From the NCBI RefSeq assembly GCF_000406145.1, contig NZ_CM001976.1, positions 3,915,277 to 3,947,276 on the forward strand: 32,000 bases of DNA, in the 5' to 3' direction. Source of the DNA: Dickeya dadantii NCPPB 898 (GTDB taxonomy: Bacteria; Pseudomonadota; Gammaproteobacteria; Enterobacterales; Enterobacteriaceae). A program made the translations under genes and the position numbers. Of the stretch, positions 1 through 11,410 are shown piece after piece. Numbering within the stretch: position 1 is the stretch's first letter; the number at the start of each line of letters is the position of its first letter. Below the pieces are notes generated by a model, which worked only from the letters and a program-made list of their open reading frames with translations, ran no database searches and was not told the origin of the DNA.

Positions 1-577
1 GCTTAGAAAATGTCGCATGTAATGCACCAACCACGCGCAACGTTCACTGCCGAGTAGGCAGCTTAGAAACAATAAACGACCTGTGAAACCTTCGCCCCGG
101 TGAGTTCACTGCCGAGTAGGCAGCTTAGAAATTCTGACGGCGTTTCTACCGCCGGAATCTGAATGTTCACTGCCGAGTAGGCAGCTTAGAAAGCGCGTGA
201 TGATCCCGGTGCTGGGCGGTAAACGTTCACTGCCGAGTAGGCAGCTTAGAAAAGTTGAGCGCAATCATGATAGCGCCTGCATTGGTTCACTGCCGAGTAG
301 GCAGCTTAGAAAGGTGTCGAGTTCTGACGTGTGGCGGGGTTCCCGTTCACTGCCGAGTAGGCAGCTTAGAAAAGCAGGCCGTGACAATCACAGCAAAATC
401 AGAGGTTCACTGCCGAGTAGGCAGCTTAGAAAGATGGCATCGGCAGACGGGGCCATGTTCATCAGTTCACTGCCGAGTAGGCAGCTTAGAAATGACAGTC
501 AATGATCCACGCTTCCTCGCTACTGTTCACTGCCGAGTAGGCAGCTTAGAAATCATTCTTCAAGAATTCAGCAAACT
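1..577 (+). CRISPR. Type I-F-like CRISPR array, upstream part; the window starts inside a repeat. Repeat is GTTCACTGCCGAGTAGGCAGCTTAGAAA (28 bp).
   Basis: A partial repeat lies at 1-9. Identical 28-bp repeats follow at 42-69, 104-131, 165-192, 225-252, 285-312, 345-372, 405-432, 465-492 and 525-552. Spacers are unique and 32 nt, except 70-103 (34 nt) and 132-164 (33 nt). The repeat has a CTGCC/GGCAG stem and a CTTAGAAA 3' handle, as in Cas6f-processed I-F repeats. The spacer starting at 553 is cut by the IS at 577/578. Confidence 0.97.
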
Positions 578-648
578 TGACCTGCTCCCCGTTGATTAAC
601 ACACCGCGATGTTAGTAATGTCTTCATCAGCAACATGAGGACATCCCC

Positions 649-912
649 ATGAAGAACCGTTTTTCCGACGAACAGATCATCAATATTCTTCGCGAAGCCG
701 AGGCGGGTGTTTCCGCCCGCGAACTTTGCCGTAAGTACGCCATCTCCGACGCCACGTTTTATACGTGGCGTAAGAAGTTTGGTGGCATGGAATTACCTGA
801 AGTAAAAAGGCTTAAGTCACTTGAAGAAGAGAACGCCCGCCTTAAGAAGCTGCTCGCCGAAGCCATGCTGGATAAAGAGGCACTACAGGTGGCTTTGGGC
901 CGAAAGTACTGA
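649..912 (+). CDS. IS3-family transposase OrfA (HTH DNA-binding part)
   Basis: 87 aa: [46 protein letters not shown]... followed by a leucine-zipper-like [17 protein letters not shown]. This is typical of IS3/IS407 OrfA. Confidence 0.9.
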   Translation: MKNRFSDEQIINILREAEAGVSARELCRKYAISDATFYTWRKKFGGMELPEVKRLKSLEEENARLKKLLAEAMLDKEALQVALGRKY

Positions 913-935
913 CGACAGACCAGAAGCGGGAAGCC

Positions 936-1769
936 GTGACAGTGATGTGCAAAGCGACAGGTCTGTCGCAACGGCGTGCCTGCAGGCTGACAGGTTTGTC
1001 CCTGTCGACCTGCCGTTATGATGCGCACCGCCCGGCTACTGATGCGTATCTGTCTGCACGTATCACCGAACTGGCAATGGAACGCCGACGCTTCGGTTAC
1101 CGGCGTATCTGGCAGCTTCTGCGTCGTGAAGGTCTTTGCGTTAACCACAAACGGGTCTACCGCATTTATCATCTCAATGGCCTGGGCGTAAAACGCAGAC
1201 GGCGCCGTAAGGGGCTGGTAACTGAGCGGCTTCCGCTGTTGCGTCCGGCAGGTCCCAACCTGACGTGGTCAATGGATTTTGTCATGGATGCGCTGGCCAG
1301 TGGTCGCCGGATTAAATGCCTGACCTGCGTTGATGATTTCACGAAGGAGTGTCTAACGATCAGCGTTGCTTTCGGGATTACAGGCGTTCAGGTATCACGC
1401 ATTCTGGACAGCGTTGCGCTGTTTCGTGGCTATCCGGCGACGATAAGAACAGATCAGGGACCTGAGTTTACCTGCCGTGCGCTGGATCAGTGGGCCTTTG
1501 AACATAATGTTGAGCTGCGGCTTATTCAGCCGGGCAAGCCGACACAGAATGGCTTTATCGAGAGTTTTAATGGTCGTTTTCGCGATGAATGCCTGAATGA
1601 GCACTGGTTCCACGATGTTGTTCATGCAAAAGAAATTATAAGCGCATGGCGGCAGGACTATAACGAATGTCGGCCTCATTCTTCGTTGAATTATCAGACC
1701 CCTTCAGAGTTTGCAGCGGGATGGCGAAACGGAGAATACGGGAGTAAATCAACCGACATTACTAACTGA
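936..1769 (+). CDS. IS3-family transposase OrfB (DDE/rve integrase core), probably expressed as an OrfAB fusion by -1 frameshift
   Basis: Candidate DDE context: [31 protein letters not shown]. The frame is -1 relative to orfA and open from 876, so the frames overlap at 876-912. This overlap contains A-AAG (903-906), a possible slippery site. The GTG at 936 is only the ORF-track start. Confidence 0.85.
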   Translation: MTVMCKATGLSQRRACRLTGLSLSTCRYDAHRPATDAYLSARITELAMERRRFGYRRIWQLLRREGLCVNHKRVYRIYHLNGLGVKRRRRRKGLVTERLPLLRPAGPNLTWSMDFVMDALASGRRIKCLTCVDDFTKECLTISVAFGITGVQVSRILDSVALFRGYPATIRTDQGPEFTCRALDQWAFEHNVELRLIQPGKPTQNGFIESFNGRFRDECLNEHWFHDVVHAKEIISAWRQDYNECRPHSSLNYQTPSEFAAGWRNGEYGSKSTDITN

Positions 1770-1798
1770 TTATTGTGTTTAATACTGGGGGCAGGTCA

Positions 1799-1897
1799 AA
1801 CTCACCACTGTTCACTGCCGAGTAGGCAGCTTAGAAACTCAACTGAGCGAGTTATGTGACCTGCAAAATGTTCACTGCCGCACAGGCAGTATCCCTC
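1799..1897 (+). CRISPR. CRISPR array, trailer part after the IS
   Basis: 1799-1809 holds the target-site duplicate plus the last 7 nt of the interrupted spacer. A consensus repeat lies at 1810-1837 and a 32-nt spacer at 1838-1869. The terminal repeat at 1870-1897 is degenerate (GTTCACTGCCGCACAGGCAGTATCCCTC): first 11 nt and stem are kept, the 3' handle is lost. A degenerate last repeat marks the trailer end, so the leader lies left of the window. Confidence 0.9.
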
Positions 1898-1916
1898 CCC
1901 GGCCGGGGAGGGATAC
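1889..1916. terminator. GC-rich hairpin between the CRISPR trailer and the MCP stop codon (possible bidirectional terminator)
   Basis: GTATCCCTCCCC-GGCC-GGGGAGGGATAC forms a 12-bp perfect stem. It lies 6 nt beyond the minus-strand MCP stop (1922-1924) and overlaps the degenerate terminal repeat. No U-tract follows on either strand, so intrinsic-terminator function is uncertain. Confidence 0.45.
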
Positions 1917-1921
1917 ATCGG

Positions 1922-3613
1922 TCAGAACGACGTCCAGTCGTCATTGGTGCCGGCGGTGGCGGCGGCACGTTTTTCGGTTACGTTCGGGCGGGCAGAAGGC
2001 AAGGCGTGGGATAACGCCGCCGGCTGGCGGACCGGCGACGGCGCGCCGTTGCCGCCCTGCGGCGTCAGGCGGAAGGCGCTGACCGCTTCGGCCAGCAGCG
2101 ACGCCTGCGATTGCAGCGACAGCGCGGCGGACGCCGACTCTTCCACCAGCGCCGCGTTCTGCTGGGTGGTAGTGTCGATTTGCCCGACCGCGATGTTGAT
2201 CTGGCTGATGCCGTCGCTCTGCTCATGGCTGGCCTGCGAGATCTCGTTGATGATGCTATGCACATCTTTAACGTGACCGGTTAAGCCATCCATGGTGGAT
2301 TCGGCGGTATCCACCAGTTGCATCCCTTCCTGAATCTTGTCCACCGAATCGTCGATCAGTTCCTTGATCTCTTTGGCCGCCGTGGCGCTGCGCTGCGCCA
2401 GCGAACGCACCTCGCCCGCCACCACCGCGAAACCACGCCCCTGCTCGCCGGCGCGCGCGGCTTCCACCGCGGCGTTCAACGCCAGAATGTTGGTCTGAAA
2501 CGCGATGCCATCGATAACGCCGATGATTTCAGCCATGCGCATTGAGGCTTCACGAATCCCCCGCATCTTACTGGTGACCGACAGCATCACTTCGCCGCTA
2601 CGGTGCGCGGCCGACGACGCCTGATTGGCGATCGACGTAGCCTGCTGGGTGTTTTCAGCGGTGTTTTTGATGGTCGATACCAGCTCTTCCATCGACGCCG
2701 CCGTCTGCTCCAGCGAGCTGGCCTGTTCTTCAGTACGGGATGAGAGATCCTGATTACCCGCGGCGATTTGCGAGGCGGCGGTGGAGATAGCTTCCGCGCC
2801 GTCGCGCACCTGGCCGACAATCTGACGCAGGCTGGCGTTCATGTGGTCCAGCGCCTGCAACAGTAATCCGGCTTCATCCTTGCGGTTGGAGGAAATCTGC
2901 GAGGTAAGATCGCCTTGCGATACGCGGTCCGCCATGACCAGCGCCTGCTGGATCGGCTGGGTGACGCTACGGGTGATCGCCATCGCCACCCAAACGCTGA
3001 GCACCACGCCGATACCCAGAATCGCCAGCAGGACCAGACGAATATCGTGATAAGTGGCCGACATGGCGTCAACCGTGCTCATCATCGCGTTGTCCTGATA
3101 ATCCACCAGTTGCCGCACCGCATTGCGGTATTCCCGCTGCGCCGGGTTGAGACGCTGATTAAATTCATTCAGCGCCTCTTCCCGATTGTTGGCTTTCACC
3201 AGCGCAATGACTTTTTGCCCGGACTCCAGAAACTTGGCCCGAATACGGCGAATATCGCCGATAAGCTGCTGGTTCTTCGCATCGTTGGATTCATTGGCAT
3301 GTTTTTCCAGCGCATCCATCAGCCGGGTAATTTCCTTCGATATCGGGGGAATTTGGTCAGACACCGCTTTGATACGGTCATCGCCCGACACCAACAGCAG
3401 TTGCTGAAAAACCCGCACGCCTTCATTCACATTATCTATCAGGGTGTTGGCATCAACGGTTTGCGGGTAAATCTCCTGCACGATATCACGTGCGCTATCA
3501 TGAAAACTCGATAGCTTGGTTATCGATAATATGCCTACAACGACCAGCATGACGGCCAGAACAGCAAAACCGGCCCCCAAACGATACCCGATTCGCCAAT
3601 CAGATAAACGCAT
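1922..3613 (-). CDS. Methyl-accepting chemotaxis protein (periplasmic 4-helix-bundle-type sensor, HAMP, MCP signalling domain)
   Basis: Conserved MCP hairpin: IAFQTNILALNAAVEAARAGEQGRGFAVVAGEVRSLAQRSA. Methylation-helix-like EQASSLEQTAASMEEL. Two TM segments. The C-terminal DWTSF is an xWxxF pentapeptide like the NWETF CheR/CheB tether. I moved the start from the track's 3742 to ATG 3613 (MRLSDWRIGYRLGAGFAVLAVML), which has a GAGGAG SD 6 nt upstream. Confidence 0.93.
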   Translation of the reverse strand: MRLSDWRIGYRLGAGFAVLAVMLVVVGILSITKLSSFHDSARDIVQEIYPQTVDANTLIDNVNEGVRVFQQLLLVSGDDRIKAVSDQIPPISKEITRLMDALEKHANESNDAKNQQLIGDIRRIRAKFLESGQKVIALVKANNREEALNEFNQRLNPAQREYRNAVRQLVDYQDNAMMSTVDAMSATYHDIRLVLLAILGIGVVLSVWVAMAITRSVTQPIQQALVMADRVSQGDLTSQISSNRKDEAGLLLQALDHMNASLRQIVGQVRDGAEAISTAASQIAAGNQDLSSRTEEQASSLEQTAASMEELVSTIKNTAENTQQATSIANQASSAAHRSGEVMLSVTSKMRGIREASMRMAEIIGVIDGIAFQTNILALNAAVEAARAGEQGRGFAVVAGEVRSLAQRSATAAKEIKELIDDSVDKIQEGMQLVDTAESTMDGLTGHVKDVHSIINEISQASHEQSDGISQINIAVGQIDTTTQQNAALVEESASAALSLQSQASLLAEAVSAFRLTPQGGNGAPSPVRQPAALSHALPSARPNVTEKRAAATAGTNDDWTSF

Positions 3614-4463
3614 ACTCAGCTCCTCACTCCTTATTAAGAACACAATGTCATAAACAAACATGACTTCCTCAGGGGCAAAACACAGAGCCGCGGCTAAAAC
3701 AGGCATCGCATCCGTTACTGTCAATAATCGTGATAAAAGCAAAGCAACAACCAGACTGATACGTCAGCCAGCCATCACGATGAAATACTTCTCATCCCCT
3801 TTTCAGGCGACAAAAATCATTTCCTTTCCACAGTGTGTAAGACAAAAACATTATAAAAAAAGAGATTCAAAAATAGTGCGAGACTAAGACCGGACGCGGG
3901 ATAGTCTTCACCAGTCGCCATTACATGCACTCTGCCCTGCTCCCTGGCCTACTATCGGCACCTCATTCTATCAACCTTTACGATTCGATCGATAAAAACA
4001 TTTAAATAATAACTATAGATAGTAAAAAACTATTGGTTTTCCGATATCGATCGGAGATAACAACAAAAAAGACATACTTTCATCAAGGTTAAATCGCATT
4101 AATAGCAAGGCGTTAACAAGGCGCGGCGACAGCGCCGGTTAAAAAATCGGGAGCGGGGAAGAAGAACAACCGAACTGTTTTTCATCAGCCAAAATAATCG
4201 GTTGCAAACACGCGGTGGACGACGAGCGCGGCATATGGTCGCCTGAGTGAAAAAGATAACCGCCAGACTGGCTTTCTTGTTCCCTGTCGGTAAGCAAAAT
4301 GGAGCAAAAAAGAAAAAACACGAAATTAATACCAGGCTAATTAAAGTTAGCCGGACATGATAACAATTCCTATATCTGACATTCTCATTCAGGAAATAAA
4401 TCTTATTAAAACACAGTATCTTTCGCTATTCTTACTCCGGATAAAATTTTCCCGTAGCATCTG

Positions 4464-4492
4464 TTGACACTATTTTGAACCTTGACTAATAC
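4464..4492 (+). promoter_or_regulatory. Candidate sigma70 promoter for the first GGDEF gene
   Basis: TTGACA (4464-4469), a 17-nt spacer, then TAATAC (4487-4492). It sits about 100 nt upstream of ATG 4590. This is a sequence match only. Confidence 0.35.
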
Positions 4493-4538
4493 TTAATCAT
4501 TAAGGCTGACACTCTACCTTAATTGGGAAATGAATTAA

Positions 4539-4555
4539 TTGCACATTTTGTGCAA
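4539..4555. promoter_or_regulatory. Perfect 7-3-7 palindrome TTGCACA-TTT-TGTGCAA (candidate operator in the 5' leader)
   Basis: A perfect inverted repeat lies between the candidate promoter and the start codon at 4590. I recognise no known regulator consensus. Confidence 0.3.
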
Positions 4556-4589
4556 CCAGAAATGGTAATAATCCGGTAAATATAACTAA

Positions 4590-6200
4590 ATGCGAATAAA
4601 AAAACTGATACAAATAAATCTTTTGCATTTAATCCTGTTTATTTCTCTTGCCAGCATGTTCGTCACGCTTTTGAATAGCTATTTAACCTTTTATCACGTT
4701 CAAAAGAAATTACTTATTGAGCAAGCAGTTAAGGTGAATTCAAGCTATTCATCCAAATTATCCGTAACCGTGGATAATTTTTTCTCTATGTCAGAAGAGC
4801 AACTGTCTTACAGCGCCAAATTGATCGCCAGCCATATCCAGTCCGGCAATTTACGGCCATTACAAGCCGAGCTGCAACGCATTCACCAGTTAAGCCATGC
4901 ATTCAACTCAATGGTGGTCGTGACGGAACATGGCCAGATCATTGCAGCCTCACCGACGTCACTAAATTTGACTGGTATCACACTGACCTCTAATCGACAT
5001 CTCACCACACTGAGAGAAAAGCGATTTTTTATCAGCGCACCCTATACCTCATTGAGTGGTAATTATATTATTTTTATTTCCTACCCTATCGCCGATGATG
5101 TCGGTAATTATCTCGGTTATATCGGCGGCTCTCTATATCTTAATAGTCGACGTATTCTGAATGAATTCATGAATACGCAATTCAGTAATGACAGTTTTAA
5201 TACTTATGTGATTGATAAAGAAGGTACCATTATTTACCACCGCGACACTGGCCAGATTGGCAAAAAAATCAACGATTCGCATATTCTGAGTTCAATCGCC
5301 AATCAGGATAAAGGCAGCTTTATGATGCCGGACGAGCAAGGGATCTTGTCACCGGCATCGTTTATCCGCACACAAAAGGCAGGCTGGATTATCATCACCC
5401 AGCAGTCGTTCCACTCTCTTGAGGAAGCGCTGAACGACGTGATGATCAGCGTTCTGAAACAAGGCACGCCGCTGGGCATCCTCACCCTGCTGGCGCTCAG
5501 CATTCTGGCCTATTACATCGCCAAGCCGCTACGCCAGCTGTCTAAATCGGCCAGTAGCATGGATCAGCTTGACGTCATTAGTAAAATCCGCGCCGTCAAA
5601 GCCTGGTATCTGGAAGTCGAGCAGTTAAAGCGAGTCTTGCTGATGGGCACCGTATTGCTGCACAAACGCATTGGCCGCCTCAGCTCGGAAGCCCATACCG
5701 ACCCGCTTTCCGGCATGCTGAACCGACGGGGCATGCAGGAAAGCATGGAAGAGATCCGCAGCGAATATAAGAAAATTTCGGTGATCGCCATTGATATCGA
5801 TCATTTCAAAGTGATCAATGACTCGTTTGGGCACGACGTCGGTGACGAGGTGATCCGCAAACTGAGCCAGCAGATCCGTAAAAACTTCCGCAAGACCGAC
5901 CTGGTCTGCCGCATTGGCGGCGAAGAATTCCTGATTCTGCTGCCGGGCGCGGATATTCACGTCGCGACGGTGATCGCCGAACGGCTGCGCAATAACGTCG
6001 CCAACACCGTCTATATGCCGGGTTACCGCCACCATCAGGTCACCATTTCAATTGGCGTGACGACGTTTAACCCACAGAAGTCGGCGCTGGATATCGCCAT
6101 CAAAACGGCGGATAACGCGCTGTACAAAGCCAAAAATGGCGGCCGTAATCAGGTCGTGGTGGAATACCTCTCTGACGATATTTCTCTGGCACAGCATTAA
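4590..6200 (+). CDS. Membrane sensor diguanylate cyclase (Cache-like periplasmic domain + GGDEF)
   Basis: 536 aa. An N-terminal TM segment is followed by about 270 aa of extracytoplasmic region, a second TM segment, then a GGDEF domain: DPLSGMLNRRG, IDIDHFKVINDSFGHDVGDEV, RIGGEEFLILL, ALYKAKNGGRNQ. An RxxD I-site (RKTD) lies exactly 5 residues before GGEEF. The start codon is uncertain because no clear SD is present. Confidence 0.88.
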   Translation: MRIKKLIQINLLHLILFISLASMFVTLLNSYLTFYHVQKKLLIEQAVKVNSSYSSKLSVTVDNFFSMSEEQLSYSAKLIASHIQSGNLRPLQAELQRIHQLSHAFNSMVVVTEHGQIIAASPTSLNLTGITLTSNRHLTTLREKRFFISAPYTSLSGNYIIFISYPIADDVGNYLGYIGGSLYLNSRRILNEFMNTQFSNDSFNTYVIDKEGTIIYHRDTGQIGKKINDSHILSSIANQDKGSFMMPDEQGILSPASFIRTQKAGWIIITQQSFHSLEEALNDVMISVLKQGTPLGILTLLALSILAYYIAKPLRQLSKSASSMDQLDVISKIRAVKAWYLEVEQLKRVLLMGTVLLHKRIGRLSSEAHTDPLSGMLNRRGMQESMEEIRSEYKKISVIAIDIDHFKVINDSFGHDVGDEVIRKLSQQIRKNFRKTDLVCRIGGEEFLILLPGADIHVATVIAERLRNNVANTVYMPGYRHHQVTISIGVTTFNPQKSALDIAIKTADNALYKAKNGGRNQVVVEYLSDDISLAQH

Positions 6201-6348
6201 CCGCGCCCGACCTCTGCGTCGCGGCGTGGCTCCTCGTCAGCCGCAAGGCGGACGGTGCCCCCGGTTCGGGCGTATCCGCTGAATTGTGAGACCCTGCCTA
6301 ATGTTATAGATTCGTGTATCAGAACAAAAAACCGGACTTTTAACGACA

Positions 6349-7809
6349 ATGGCAGACTGTCAAAAAATCAAACTTTTTTGTACCGGGTTATTGGTATCAT
6401 TTTGTTTATCTTATTTATTTTTGTTTAACATCCAGAATGCGAAAATTGCTCCGCTGTGGCCGATTAACGCCTTTATGGCTTTCATGGCGATAACCAACAG
6501 AAAACAACTCCATTACTCCGTTTTTTTTGTGCTGTTTTTTATTAGCCATACGGCGGCCTCATTCAGCATCCCGCAGGATATTTCCCGGCAAAATCAGATG
6601 CTGCTGGGCATCATCGACAGCCTGTTTGTGCCGCTGTATTTCCTGACTTTGCAGGTCGTCATCCGGTTTAAAAACCGGTACTACCCCATTCGAAGAACGG
6701 TCATTTTGTGCGCGCCAATAGTGGCGACCAGTATTCTCCAGTCGCTGGTATATTCCGGTCTGTTGTATTCGCTGGATAACGGTAATTACGTGGTGGCGTC
6801 GCTCGACTGGGCAACCGAACAGATCGCCACCGGCGTCCTGCTGTTCCTGATTCTTACCGGATTCATGGACTATAAACGGACCGGTGCGCCATTATTCAAG
6901 ACGATTCAGCGGTATAAAGCCGACGCGGTGCTGATCGTTGCGTCGGTGCTGGTGCAAATTCTACTGATACAAAGCAGCACGCTGGAACAAACCATCCTGC
7001 TGCTCATTCCGCTGGCGCTAGTCTCGATAAAACTGAATTTCTATCCATCAGCCCTGCTGTCGGGCCTGACGCTCTCCATTGTCTATACCCTTATCTCCAC
7101 GCGCTACTATGGCGATTACTGGAAAGACTCGTCGCTTATCTATATTGAAAACCTGATATCCTATCGCCTGAATACCCTGATTTCCTGTCTGGTTATTATG
7201 CTGATTTGTGAAAAGAATTATGCCAAACGGTTCGCCATCAACATTATCAAGCGGAAAGTTTATACCGATTATCTCTCGGGGCTATACAACCGAAAATTCC
7301 TGTGGAAAAAGGCCCGCGAAATACCCAAAGAGACTCCCCTGTCGGTGCTGATCTGCGATATTGATAACTTCAAACACATTAATGACACCTACGGGCACGG
7401 CAATGGCGATAAAATTATTCAGGCCGTCTCCCACACCATAAAAACGCATATTTCGCCCCACGATCTCGCCGTGCGCTGGGGTGGCGAAGAATTTCTGATT
7501 TTGTCGCGCTCACCGGACGAGCAGTATCTCGACACCCTTAGCGCGCGCATTCTGGACAGCATCCGCCAGTTGCAGATTACGCTTGATGGCAACATTGCCC
7601 GGCACGTTACGGTGAGTATTGGCGGTTGTAACTTCGAGTATCAGCACTCGCCGGATTTTGTCATGGCGATCGAAACGGCGGATAAATTACTGTATCAGTC
7701 CAAGCAGGCGGGGAAAGACAGAGCCACCCTGCGCACACTGACGCAGGACGCTAACGTATCGGCATCATTCGCGCCGGTCTTACCATCGGCGGAACACGAG
7801 AAACGGTAA
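6349..7809 (+). CDS. Integral-membrane diguanylate cyclase (polytopic N-terminal sensor + GGDEF)
   Basis: 486 aa with about 8 predicted hydrophobic helices. The GGDEF domain reads DYLSGLYNRKF, CDIDNFKHINDTYGHGNGDK, RWGGEEFLIL, LLYQSKQAGKDR. No RxxD sits at the I-site position (SPHD instead). The start is uncertain. Confidence 0.85.
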   Translation: MADCQKIKLFCTGLLVSFCLSYLFLFNIQNAKIAPLWPINAFMAFMAITNRKQLHYSVFFVLFFISHTAASFSIPQDISRQNQMLLGIIDSLFVPLYFLTLQVVIRFKNRYYPIRRTVILCAPIVATSILQSLVYSGLLYSLDNGNYVVASLDWATEQIATGVLLFLILTGFMDYKRTGAPLFKTIQRYKADAVLIVASVLVQILLIQSSTLEQTILLLIPLALVSIKLNFYPSALLSGLTLSIVYTLISTRYYGDYWKDSSLIYIENLISYRLNTLISCLVIMLICEKNYAKRFAINIIKRKVYTDYLSGLYNRKFLWKKAREIPKETPLSVLICDIDNFKHINDTYGHGNGDKIIQAVSHTIKTHISPHDLAVRWGGEEFLILSRSPDEQYLDTLSARILDSIRQLQITLDGNIARHVTVSIGGCNFEYQHSPDFVMAIETADKLLYQSKQAGKDRATLRTLTQDANVSASFAPVLPSAEHEKR

Positions 7810-7819
7810 TAACGGAAAA

Positions 7820-8239
7820 TTACTCGCCCTGCAACGTCGCCACCAGCGAACGGCTGCCGCCATGATTGCGGTGTTCGCACAGGTAAATCCCCTGCCAGGT
7901 GCCGACATGCAGCCGGCCGTTACGCACCGGCAGCATCAGGCTGCTACCCAACAGACTGCTTTTCAGGTGCGCCGGCATGTCGTCGCTGCCTTCGTAGGTA
8001 TGGCGGTAATAAGGCTCGTCTTCCGGCACCAGGTGGTTAAAGGCGCTTTCGAAATCCTGCCGTACCGTCGGATCGGCGTTTTCATTAAGCGTCAGCGAGG
8101 CCGAGGTGTGGCAGATAAACACATGCAACAACCCCACCCTGACCTCACACAGATCCATCACCTGCGCCAGCACTTCATCGGTAATCAAATGAAAGCCGCG
8201 GGAACGGGGTTTCAGCCGAATATCGTATTGTTTCCACAT
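7820..8239 (-). CDS. yjbQ: YjbQ/UPF0047 family protein (secondary thiamine-phosphate synthase-like)
   Basis: [23 protein letters not shown]...[19 protein letters not shown]...[20 protein letters not shown]...[24 protein letters not shown] closely parallels E. coli YjbQ as I recall it. It neighbours uvrA, as in E. coli. Start set at ATG 8239 (AGGAGA SD) rather than the track's 8305. Confidence 0.88.
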   Translation of the reverse strand: MWKQYDIRLKPRSRGFHLITDEVLAQVMDLCEVRVGLLHVFICHTSASLTLNENADPTVRQDFESAFNHLVPEDEPYYRHTYEGSDDMPAHLKSSLLGSSLMLPVRNGRLHVGTWQGIYLCEHRNHGGSRSLVATLQGE

Positions 8240-8273
8240 TTTGCGTCTCCTGTGGTGGTGCTCATTTGCAGAT

Positions 8274-8297
8274 AAAAAAGCGCGGCAAGCCGCGCTT
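8274..8297 (-). terminator. Rho-independent terminator of uvrA
   Basis: The minus strand reads AAGCGCGGC-TT-GCCGCGCTTTTTT (8-bp GC stem followed by a T6 run), 27 nt downstream of the uvrA stop. Confidence 0.8.
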
Positions 8298-8323
8298 AAC
8301 AACAAACCCTTGGTTTGGAAGGC

Positions 8324-11155
<2,832 letters not shown>

Positions 11156-11254
11156 GCACACTTTTCCCGCAATAGACGCTGTTCTTTCATCCTTTCCGTA
11201 CGACATCACGTATGAAAGGAAACCAATAGAAACGGCCGATTATGGCACAAAATA

Positions 11255-11274
11255 AACTGAATGGATATCCAGTA
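11255..11274. promoter_or_regulatory. LexA (SOS) box in the divergent uvrA-ssb control region
   Basis: AACTGAATGGATATCCAGTA fits CTG-N10-CAG of the TACTG(TA)5CAGTA consensus. It lies between divergent uvrA and ssb, the position of the known E. coli SOS box. Confidence 0.75.
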
Positions 11275-11410
11275 TCCGATTGCAACAACGGCAACGCAGG
11301 AAAAAAGACCGGAGCTGGCTCGCGACTCTCACACCGGTATAATCTGTGGCACTGACATGCTAGAATTCTTCGCTTAAACTTTAAAAAGTGATTGATCAGG
11401 AGACACCAAC

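Larger units (their letters stand above)
578..1798 (+). mobile_element. Intact IS3-family insertion sequence (IS407 group, IS1222-like), 1221 bp
   Basis: Imperfect terminal inverted repeats: left end TGACCTGCTCCCCGTTGATTAACACA..GTTAGTAATGTC, and reverse complement of the right end TGACCTGCCCCCAGTATTAAACACA..GTTAGTAATGTC. The 4-bp direct repeat AACT flanks it at 574-577 and 1799-1802. It carries two overlapping-frame transposase ORFs (orfA/orfB). The group assignment rests on my recollection of TGACCTGC termini, 4-bp duplications and about 1.2 kb size for IS407-group elements. Confidence 0.9.

Noticed and set aside
197-599. Two overlapping + strand ORFs (197-505 and 255-599) with periodic SLPSRQLRK / VHCRVGSLE peptides
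   Set aside because: They are translations of the CRISPR repeat in two frames. The periodicity is the 60-bp repeat-spacer unit, not a protein.
1838-1869. The last spacer contains TGACCTGC, identical to the IS terminal 8 nt
   Set aside because: Only 8 nt match and the similarity stops immediately after. This is compatible with chance and insufficient to claim an IS-targeting spacer.
3614-3742. N-terminal extensions given by the ORF track for the MCP (3742), yjbQ (8305), uvrA (11209), flavin reductase (12670), PAAR (21015) and wedge protein (26775)
   Set aside because: In each case an internal ATG has a proper SD and yields the conserved family N-terminus. The extensions overlap upstream genes or intergenic hairpins.
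3660-4321. Small ORFs 3660-3887 (+) and 4139-4321 (-) in the AT-rich intergenic region
   Set aside because: They have no SD, odd composition and no motifs, and they lie in promoter-like AT-rich DNA.
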